Source: Podarcis filfolensis
Lineage: Eukaryota
Assembly (NCBI GenBank): GCA_964270895.1
Contig: OZ185439.1
Reading direction: 5' to 3' (one strand)
Length of the DNA: 64,000 nt
The translations under genes were made by a program, and so were the position numbers. Positions 54,186-64,000 of this stretch are shown in pieces (position 1 is the first letter of the stretch; every line of letters starts with the position of its first letter). The notes under the pieces are model-generated. The model made no database searches. It was not told the origin of the DNA and saw nothing but the letters and a program-made list of their open reading frames with translations.

Positions 54186-55041
54186 TGCAATGAGTCCATT
54201 CTGCTTGTGGTGACAGGCATAATCCACAAAGGTTGGACCAGGATGTTCAGAGATATCAAAAATCCTAGATATTTCAATCACAGGACTCAACATGTTGGCA
54301 CCTAGTTCTTTTAATTGAGCTATGTATATACTAAGATTGGACAACTTGGAAACAGATATTTCATGCTATCTATACAAATAGAGCAATACCACATAATGTG
54401 CTATCATTATGTTCCTTTTTCTGAAAGTTTGGCCTTGGAGTTGCATACCTGTATAACTTTGTAAGACCACTTGAGAGAATAACCTGCACCAACTGCAAAT
54501 GAATTGCTATCTAATGGCAGTTTTGTGAGACTTTGGTGTCTCTGAACTCTCTCACAATGTTTATCACTCAGTAGTTAAGGTTGAATGTTGATGCTTTTGT
54601 CAGTAGAACTTTTTTACATCTATCACAATAAATACACTGAAGTTGGATTTGTCCATTTGCAGTAGAGTCCAATGATCTTATAGCATCTACAAGGCTTGGT
54701 GATGTTGGTAGCCCATACTGTCCCTAATATTGTGTCATGTCAGTACTGCCAATGATATCCTTGCATGATTTATTTCAGAATGCTGAATGGGATGCTACAT
54801 TTCCTTCAATTTCTAGACCAGGAAACAGCAAAGTACCAAACTTTGGAGCTGCAGTATATGCTGAGAAACATATGTATAACCAGCACCATCAGTCAAATCA
54901 CACTTTCCCTATATTGCTGGAAGTTTTCTGTTCTCTTACTCTGACAAATCCTACGCTTTGTCCACACAAAATTGGGATGCCATTATCCCTGCATGGTGGT
55001 TCTATGATCAAAAACCTTGGCTTTTTTTCTGCAGGTGACAT
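54186..55041 (-). pseudogene. Decayed bornavirus-like nucleoprotein gene (EBLN candidate)
   Basis: ATG at 55041. Colinear motifs versus BoDV-1 N as recalled: EPP; LLFPGL (54831-54814) vs LLIPGL; AIR*QFICSW vs AIDWINGQPW; GQTFRKRNIMIAHY vs GKEFMDQIKLVASY; AQLKELGANML (54320-54288) vs AKLKEEHADLF; KQNGLIA vs KENPTMA. Several stops and at least one frameshift. Confidence 0.6.
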
Positions 55042-55442
55042 GTTGATTTGAGAATAATGTTCATTAGCAGCACTTGTTTAATTGCAAACCTGACAGGGTA
55101 AGCAATTAATAAAATTAATAAACAAATGATTGGAAACCAAGCAGTTCAAAATGAATAGTACATAACCGACAGTTAGTATATAATAAATGTTAATACTAAA
55201 GCTATTCAAAATTTGAATTGGACCTATGTTGATATGTTGCCAGGAAGCAAAATTACATTCCAGGCAAATGATTTGCTGTTTGCAGATTAACCTCCATCCT
55301 CAATATGCATGAGGTAGTGACATGCATCACTTTCCCCAAGACCCATACAAAGTGACAATTAGAAGTGCAAAAGAGTGTTTTATGCATGAAGTTATATTTA
55401 ATTAGTTTAATGTTTTGGGGAAAGTGCTGCTAGTGGTCATCT

Positions 55443-56404
55443 TGTACCCATTGAGCATGAATGTTAATTGGCAAGCAGCATGCAATGTAAAGCAACCATT
55501 GGGGGAAATTGCCAAAGAAGGGCAAAAGTGAGTTGGCCCTGTACACCATTTTGATCAGCATGACAAACACTATGTGCTTTGTGATGCTTCTGGCCCAAGT
55601 GAATGGTCTTCACCTTAATAGGCCCAGATGTTGATGAGTGAAGCCACACATGGTCTTCTAACTGATGCCCTGGGAGCAGACCAGGTTCCCCTTCGAATCT
55701 GCTGTCCTTCATAAGCAGCTGACTCAGCTAACTGTGGCTGTACTGGGTCTTGATCTGTGGTGTGGCTTGGTGACATGCTGCCAGTCACACATGGGAGAAG
55801 GTCATCCCTCTTCAGCTGTTGTGTCTAGACTCCAACTTAGACCAAGAACAGGTGGTGGTGTGTCCAAATTTGGGTGGAATTAAAGAATGAGAGTAAAGCA
55901 CCCAATCTAAGAGAATTACTGGACTGGGAATTGCTGGCCAACCTAGCCAGAACTGGATTAAGCTTACAGCTGCATTGCCTGAGAAACAGGACAGAGCAGA
56001 AATTGATACTGCTGCTTCAGCAGTGGCTGGCTAGTTGCCAAGCACATTTTGGACAGCATGGTGAGGCATTTGGCCAAATCTCTCCCCACCCCAGCCTTCT
56101 GGGTTCATGATTTGCCTTTGCTAATCCAGCTGCTGGCTAATAGAAAGAGTTAGCCAGTCTGTTCTGTAGCATACAGCTGTGCCACACTGGAACCAGCTCC
56201 AAGCTCTACTGGGTCTGTAGAGTAGAGATCAAAGCCTGGTTGTTACAGGAGAGAAAGGGTCTTGTTGAAGCACTGAAGTTAGCTGGAGGGTATTTGACAC
56301 ACGCCTTTTTCAGCTAAATAAGTTTATCTGGCTCCCTTGGTTCACCATCTTTTGGTTAATGAATATATTTGTTCTGTCAGCAGGGCTCCCACCCTGGGTA
56401 TTAC
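55443..56404 (+). mobile_element. Probable solo LTR (Gypsy/ERV-like), boundaries uncertain
   Basis: GC-richer island starting TGT; polyA-like AAATAA near 56316; LTR-like end gggtattac; no clean TSD found. Confidence 0.35.
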
Positions 56405-57239
56405 TCTGGTTTCAAAGCAATTCTTCTTCTTGATGACTATTCTCAGTTATGTACTGAGCGCTGTAATCACAATTTAATTTAAGTTTTCCATTCCCGTCAT
56501 TTTGGCAAACAATGACAGATCATGCTAGCAGTGGTGTAGAACTTAGCAAAACTGAGCAACCAGATCTGTTCTAACTTAAAAACACTTAGACAAAACCACG
56601 GGACTGACAAACAATGAGTGGAAATTAATGGGCAACCAAAACGATTCCCAGGCACTTTTGCATGCATTGCTGCATTTAATCAAACCTTGCAAATATAGAA
56701 GTGTAGCCATTTTGTAATGTTTCTGGGTTCTGTTTGAAAGCTTCAGAATGCATTTCTAAACTAGCTTAATTCAGAATTTTCAGTAGTTTGACATTACAAG
56801 CACCTCAAATGAAAGTATTAGGAAAAAGTCACTGCAGATTATTTATGATCAGCTAATGCTGAGTATTTATTTTTCTGTTAATGTTAACAGTATATAAATT
56901 TTTTTAAGAGTGCTAAATTTTAACAGTTTTCAGTTGTAAAATCTTTTTTTAAAAAACAGCCTGGCATCCACAGTCCTAAACATCTTGGCGGTCTACCTGC
57001 ATTCTAAGGTAAGAAAAACAGACTGGTGACACCTGCACTGCATCTTGTTTTATGACATTGCAGTTCTTTTGGTATGACATATGGCTTTGACAATAAATTT
57101 GCTGTGACATTCTTCACATTTTGCTGGGGCAATTGGTCTTAGGATCATGCTGAAAACTCAAGTTCCATTATACCCTCACATTTCCCCTCAGCGCTGGTAT
57201 GATGTCACATTTTATAACATCAGGTAGGTACGAGCTGGG

Positions 57240-57545
57240 GAATGTCAAAAGAGCACCAACTGCATCGTTTTGCCTGGTATGCCCCACAGAGGACCTTAAG
57301 GACCACAAATGACAACACCTTGGAGGTCCCAAGTCACAAGGTGGTTAGATTAGTCTCAACTAGGGCCAGGGCCTTTTCAGTACTGGCCCCAACTTGGTGG
57401 AACGCTCTGTCACAAGAGACTAGGGCCCTGCGGGACTTGACATCTTTCCGCAGGGCTCACTTGAAATTTTACTGGTGTTAGCTGCCCTGAGCCCAGCTCT
57501 GGCTGGGAAAGGCGGGGTATAAATAAAAAATTATTATATTATTAA
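57240..57545 (+). mobile_element. L2-clade LINE 3' fragment
   Basis: RTLR...LEVP...RAFSVLAPTWWNAL...SFR C-terminal motif and (ATT)-rich tail. Confidence 0.85.
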
Positions 57546-59485
57546 TATATTACCCACAGATCATTCTGTGCATTGCACATGAGGATCTCCCCACTGGAAT
57601 AATAATAATAATAATAAACAACTGCTATGATCAGCACTGTCATCACTTGACATCTCTGATCACTGAGGGTTAGGGTTAGGGTAAGGAGTGCTTGGATTCT
57701 GTCCCCACCCCTAAATAAAGATGTTGCTTGAGATTACAATGCTAAACCTAATTTGGCTGATGCTACTCACAGTTCTCTAACTGGAATGGACATGTTTCAA
57801 GATTGTGGTATCTGCTTTGTTTTCTCTGCCCACCCCGTTGTAGAATACCATGAACACCCAGGAGCTGGGTGCAAGGTTTTATTCCTGGACCCTTTTTGCA
57901 TGTATGTGTTCAGAAGGGTGATGCACACAGCTTGCTTGGAAGTGAATAGCTATGTGAAATTAATGGAGTACTTTTAAAAAAACAACAACCAGCAAGTACT
58001 TTGCCAATAGGACAAGCATTCAAAAACAGCATGCAGTGATGTTACTATGAAGCCAGCATGGATCCTGCTTCCTTCCACTGACGTTTTACAGCAGTTATTT
58101 ATTAAATTTGCCATGTAGTTTATTACTAAGGAGTGGTTTGTGTGCTGTCATTTTCTCTGCCATTGATATATGTGTCCAGAGGGGAATGTTAGCAAAATGT
58201 AAATAGGAGCTCCAAAGGTCAAATTTCTCATAAATAACTTCACTGACCTTCCGGAGATAAATGAGGGCTTTGCAGTGGATTTTAAAAGGCCTTTTAACAT
58301 TTGGTGTCTCTCGAAAGTATGTCCTGGCTCACTTGAGGGCATTATGTTGGAAAAACTTTAAACAGGCATTGGAGAGAAACCACTTTTGAACCTTAGATGG
58401 CAACAAAAATAACCCAAGAGGGAGAAGTATTATTCACACTTAGCAATAGCTACTCCAGAGGGAGGCCAATAGAAGAAGAAAATAGATTGTAGGGGGAAAT
58501 GAAAGGGAAACTTCCTAGCTCAATGTTTGTGCTATTAGTTATGAAAGAGCAGGAGTGAATAATAAAAATCCTGATCCGTGTTCTCACTTGAAAAGTGAGA
58601 TTATATTTTATTTGTTGGCTGTGGGAGGTGGGAGCTAGCAAGCTGAAATATTTGTTGTAAATTTGCAAGGTACTTGTTATTTGCAAATGTTTTTATTTAT
58701 GGACCCAACTTATGTCTCCCACAAACGATTAACACCATAATGGAGAGAAACAACCCACAATTAGGCAAAGGGTCACAGCCTAGCAGTAAACCACCTGCTT
58801 TGCATGCAAAAGGTCCCTGATTCAATTCCTGGCATCTCGTGGTAGAGCCTGAAACCCTGGAGAGTTGCTGCCACTCATTGCAGATAATTCTGATCTAGAT
58901 GTAGCAGCATATGGCATTTTCCTGGGTTGCTATGCATTCTAGGGGCCATTCATGCAAGAGTGGCTGTGGACATTACAAAATGAATGTGTGGATGAGCAAC
59001 ATCCACAGCTGCTTGAAGGCAGGTGCACAACTTGGAACAATCAAAACCTCTGCACTTAATTAATGGGGGAAAGCCAACATACTCTTTTTTTCTGAATGCA
59101 ACAACAGAAGTCAAAAGAACTCTTTCCAATCATCCACTAGGATAAAAGCAAAAGAATACATACCAAGCATATGTATTCTCTCTCTCTCAATATAATTCTA
59201 TGTTTATAGCTTACTGCTTTTTTATAGCTTACTGGTAAATAACCTTTACACACAAAAAAGAATGTAACCAATAAGATGCTTAGAGATAATCAAAGGCTGT
59301 ATTGCAGAAAATCTGATTTATTGACAGAATTTTTTCAGTTCATTCACCACACACAAATTCCCCAGACTTTCATATCACCCTAACACATCCTCAACAAGCC
59401 ACATATCTGGCAGTGTGTAGTCTTGTACCTCCTAATAAGAAGACGATAGAGCCTGGCACTCAACTGCGAGGGACACTGAATCATT

Positions 59486-59675
59486 CATAGTTCAGTGTTG
59501 GAGCGTATGTTTTGCATGCAGAAGGTTTCATGTTCAATCCCCAGCATCTCCAGGCATGGCTGAGAATTCCCCCATCTGAAACCCTGGACAGGTGCTGCCA
59601 GTCAATGCAATGCAGACAGTTCTGAGCTAAATGGGCCAATGACCTAATTTGGAATAAGGCAGCTTCCTATGCTTC
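59486..59675 (+). mobile_element. tRNA-derived squamate SINE (second family)
   Basis: tttgcatgcagaaggtttcatgttcaatcccc head and ctgaaaccctgga...ataaggcagcttcctatg tail; a second copy is at about 58769-58905. Confidence 0.75.
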
Positions 59676-59699
59676 TAGGGAGGCTAGCACTTTAACATC

Positions 59700-60270
59700 C
59701 CACAGTAGCTTGGAGGAGTGGATGTTTCCAAAGAAATTTCCCTCTGCCCGCTTGCCTATCTGGATCCAGACTACCTCAATCTGTGTGGTATGAGCTCCAT
59801 TTTGACTTCCAGCTATTGTTCTGTATTGAGCAATGCCTCAGCAATACAGAGGTGAGGCAAGGTTTCAATGATACCCTGGGCAAGGCTCAGACTGGAGACT
59901 CTAAGAGCAGAGTTCAGTTATTGCTTCAGCAACAGTCATCAGGCTGAGCCTAAAGTCAGCATTGCTACCTCTTCCTTTAAAAGGGGTCAACCTACTTCAG
60001 TCTCGCTAGGGCTGGATTCTGCCAAGTCAGAGGCATGTAACACAAGATCCTCAGGCTGGAGAAGTACTGGCACAAAGGGTTCTTCTCGTGCAAGTACTTC
60101 TGTTTGGTTAGGTACATCTGGGGATGCCCCTAACTGCAGTTCCCTGTCCTGCTCTGAATCCCCAGGCTCATCCCCTGCAGAGGGAGAGTCTGACCCTAAG
60201 GTCATGACTGCTGGGTCTCAACATCTGCGACCAAACTTGCAGTGTCAGTTCCCAGCTTTGTAACTTTGCC
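59700..60270 (-). mobile_element. LTR-like fragment with acidic pseudo-ORF and TATA-like tttaaaagg
   Basis: Composition and layout resemble the LTR at 49887; ends not resolved. Confidence 0.35.
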
Positions 60271-63200
60271 TATGGAGAACCTATAATTATTAAGTGGAAC
60301 GACCCATAGTCATTCTACTGCATGTAAACATTTAAGTGCCTTTCTCTCCTGCCAGTTTTGTAGTAAGGCTGTTATTTTTCTAAGCTAGGCTCTCATCACC
60401 TGAAGCACAACTATGCTAATTGATGGAAGCCAGCATTCACAGCTATAGCCAAGAGTAGCATGTTATTCCGGTTGCTAGAATTCATTCAACATAAATGGAT
60501 CCTTTAAACAGACTGACTACCGCTTCAGTGCAATTGGAAGTCCATTAGAAAAGCATAATAATACCCATTGCACACCACATTTCTATTCATGCAATACACT
60601 TGCTGCAGGAGATTGTAAAAGCTTTCTGACCAATGTGTATGTTGAGCTTTTTTTAAAAAAAAAAACCCACAAACCAAAACTATCACATTCTTCACAAAAT
60701 CACTTTCTTTGTTCCAGATTGTTTAACAGCAAACTCAATTCTCCCAGTGCCACTCCTTATATAGCTAACATGGCACCATCCATGTACAAGGCAGAGATAG
60801 AGGCAGCTTTGGAGGAAACTCAAGGTTTGCAGAAGGACAAAGTAATTTGGGAGAGCTTCCCCATGGGAGCCCATGGCCATGGCTCAGTGGCCACTGAAAG
60901 ACAGGTAGAACCCAAAGGGGATGGGAACTGGAGTGTCCTGGAAGTGGGCATGGCTTGCTGGAACCTTGAATGGGAACACTTACTAATTCTTTCTAAGGTT
61001 CAACAAGTGGTGGAAGTTTTTGCAAGACTTAATCCAAAGGATGTCTCACTGGTTTTATTTTCAAGTCATTGCTGTTTCACATGTTACATTTTTACACATG
61101 TAAAATTACATGCATGCAATTTGCACTCAATGAATGCATGCAATTGTACTTATTAAGCATGAATCAGTGGGCCAGGGCTGGCTGTAGTTCCCAGCTGCAT
61201 ATGTACCTTTGCCGCAGTATAATATGGTAAGCATCCGTCATCTCCACTTCTTCCTAAAGGAAGGCGATTTAAAAACTCCTTTTTAAAACAAGGCCCTGCA
61301 AATTAACATTTCAAAGAATAGCAGAATATAAACACATCTCTGCTTTGAAACATGAAGATGCTTTTTGAAATGTTTGAAATCATAAAGAAGGTGTATCTCT
61401 GAAAGCACAACTGCATTGTACTATGCAGATGAAATAGCTGTGTCTTTTTTTTTACTCTTGTGGTTGTTTTGCCCTTAGCTGTCATGAAAATTCCTCAAGT
61501 TATGTTTTGAGGCTATGGATTTTCCTTTTAGAAAAAGAGACACCATTCCGTAAGATTGGCCTTAATATCTGGGTGTGTGAAATTGTGTAGCTTTATTCTG
61601 ATCCCTTCACAAATTCTTGTGGCTGTCAATGTGCCGATAATTAACAAGTAAGTGTACAACAAAGCGATACTCTCGTGGCCCCATTGTTCCCAAACAATAG
61701 TAACTCCAAAGAGGAGACAGACCCAGGGACCTGCTGAAGTAAATCTGCTGGCACCAGATTCCTGAGGACACATCTTTGTCTATGGATTCTGAGCAATTGA
61801 CTACCAACTAAAGGGTTCTAGCCCTTTAACAGTAAGCTGTCTTGAGCCATATTGAGGAGGAGGAGGAGGAGAAAGGTGTAGCACTTAGAAGGCACACCTT
61901 CAGTCTTTCTCCTAAGCCATACAATAAACCTCTGGCAATTGCTGCAAGCCAAAGCTAAGGTTCGGTAACTTGTTTTCCCTGCTTTCAATGGCAAGATCAC
62001 TGTCCATGGTACTCTCGTTCCTGTCCAGGGTCCTGATTTCACTTCAGCATGAATCCAGCCTAGGCATACTGCGGATGAGGTCTGTTCCTACTTTGGTTGT
62101 TCAAAAATTCCACCAACACATAACCAATATATTCCATATGAATTATGTCTGCCACTTTGAGCCTGTCTTTTTGGGAAGACTTGAGCCCTTCACTGCTTAA
62201 GGAAAGAAGCAACATAATAATGTCACTTTTTGGCAGCAGAATTATTGTGTGGCAGAGTATATGACCACAATAGTAAGATTATAGTTGTACTCACATGTTC
62301 AAGGCATGTAGAGTGAATAAATATAGGAGGAGTAGGATCATGGTAGAAGACCCTGATCTATGTGAGTTCCACACTGGGTATCATTAGATTCACTCTAGGT
62401 TTATCCATCACCTCCCAGCCAGAGGATCCTCAGAACATGAAATACTCTTCCTTCGAAGTATATTGGTGGGACCCTAGCTACAAGAACTCAGACTCCATTT
62501 TCATCACTGAATCCTGGAGTTATCCTTTATCTTTTAACCTGCTTCCTATTTTAATTTTTGGTTTTAATATCCCACCAATCTCATTATAGACTCACCACCA
62601 GAACTTTTTGTCTCACACCATGAAAACAGTATCTGTTTTTGTTGACTATTATTTACTCAAAGTGTGAGCGCTCCCTGCCTCCAAATCTCCTTTCTCCTCT
62701 CACCTTTCTTTAGACGCTGCTTTAAAGAGTTCCACCCTCTTTATCTCTGAGCAAGAGGAAACATGCCCCAACAGCTCCCTCCCCTTCTCTCCACTTTCCT
62801 ACTTCTCTCAGTATTTCTCTTTCTGATTCTTCATGAAGCCTGCACCTCTCCCTCAGCAGTTCTGCTTTATCATCCTAAAATGAGAGGTGTGACTTACAGG
62901 CTGATCTGATTTATTGCTGATGAGACTTACACAGGCATTGTTGCTTCCTCCTTAAAGGTGTGAACATATAAACTATACATGTGGGTTGTTTGCACACATG
63001 GTGTAGACAATGTGAGCTTGTAGACATGCAGGATATGGTCACATTTACTGAATATGCTTGCTACTGTATATTTTACTCCTCCTTTCATTCCACTGGGCAT
63101 TCAAGCCTGTGAAGCTGCCTATAATGACTGGCAATTGCTGACCTGCTTTTTTCCAACAATCTTTTTAAACATCAGAATGATGTATTTAGCTACTCATTAT

Positions 63201-64000
63201 TATGACACAGAGGTCTCAGTAAAAGAGCCCCTGGAAGTTCTGCTTGTTATGTCCCACTGTTACACAAAATGACTGGACTGTCCATAATCAGCCAAGGTAA
63301 AATGTTACAGTTGTAGGATGAGTTGAATCTGACTCCATGGTCATCATTTTTATTTATTTATACCTTATAGCTTATAATGCTTAGCTAACTTATAACTTCA
63401 TCAGTACCAGGATGGGGCCCAACATAAACCACAACAACCAAATCAATAAAACTAACAACAGTTTCCTCTAGACCTACATTCTGACTCTTAGCCCCAAACT
63501 ATTTTCTGCTCCAATCGGCTTTTAATCAGAATTGAGATTGTCCGGCGGGGGGGCGGGGCACACAATCTACTTTATAATATGCTTTGAACTCTTTAGACTT
63601 CCAACAAATTAGAATCCTGGGGGGGGGGGGAAATGGTTTAAAAATCAATTTCTGACCCTCCTCCTTTACATAGTGTTTGGAATTACAGGCAAAAAGGGCT
63701 TGTTGTTTCATCCAATAGAGTGGAATGTGCCTTTGTAAGGTTGTGAACAGCCAATTCTGTCACCTGCATGTCTGCCTGGCTATTGAGCTGCATTTTGCAA
63801 AACGGATTTTACCACTTCTGCTCTCCCACTGACTGTAGGCTGTTATTTAGAAGGAGCTTCAGTACAAATATTGGCTTGCTTTTAGTTCAGGAAAGGTATG
63901 TCCCCAGAGCAGTGTGACCTAAAGTTGGCAGGTAATTGACAGGAGGGCACTGATCTATAATGGGAACAAAGCCGTAATGCTGGGCCTCCCCTGGGATTCT

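Noticed and set aside
54654-54668. TLLQM, identical to a BoDV-1 N pentapeptide
   Set aside because: About 40 codons out of register with the other N matches, so not used as evidence
57665-57683. (TTAGGG)-like run
   Set aside because: Only about three units; too short to call an interstitial telomere
59868-61156. 131-aa and 173-aa ORFs in the track
   Set aside because: Low-complexity LTR-like or mosaic sequence with no recognisable domain or splice support
61500-61570. - strand frame ILRPILRNGVSFSKRK resembling neuropeptide S (LKPILE...SFRNGVG), a gene expected downstream of DOCK1
   Set aside because: Lacks the KR cleavage site and SFRNGVG core, has a stop just upstream, has no exon structure and is on the opposite strand to the expected synteny; treated as chance
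2428-63630. Many 10-13-nt G or C homopolymer runs
   Set aside because: Scattered with no shared context; simple repeats whose lengths may be sequencing-dependent

Overview
Eukaryotic DNA, most likely from a squamate (lacertid-type) lizard, inferred from Sauria SINE copies and the repeat landscape. From 3.2 to 46.1 kb the + strand carries the last 14 coding exons of DOCK1 (DOCK180). They splice into one open frame of 574 aa plus stop, covering the distal DHR-2 GEF domain and the Pro-rich tail, followed by the 3'UTR. One 178-bp intron has a U12 (minor spliceosome) signature. Introns hold many SINE, LINE and MITE insertions, several with intact TIRs and TSDs. Downstream of DOCK1 (49-60 kb) lies a repeat-dense block. 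It includes an internally deleted DIRS-type retroelement bounded by ~96-bp inverted terminal repeats, with a nested solo LTR whose 3' part has been inverted. The top candidate is a ~2.1-kb decayed coding stretch on the - strand (about 52930-55041). Its translated frames match bornavirus N, P and M proteins in colinear order, suggesting a multi-gene endogenous bornavirus-like element. That call rests on short motif matches to BoDV-1 proteins recalled from memory and needs tBLASTn/HMM confirmation. There is one 153-N assembly gap. No CRISPR, rRNA or genuine tRNA genes were found.
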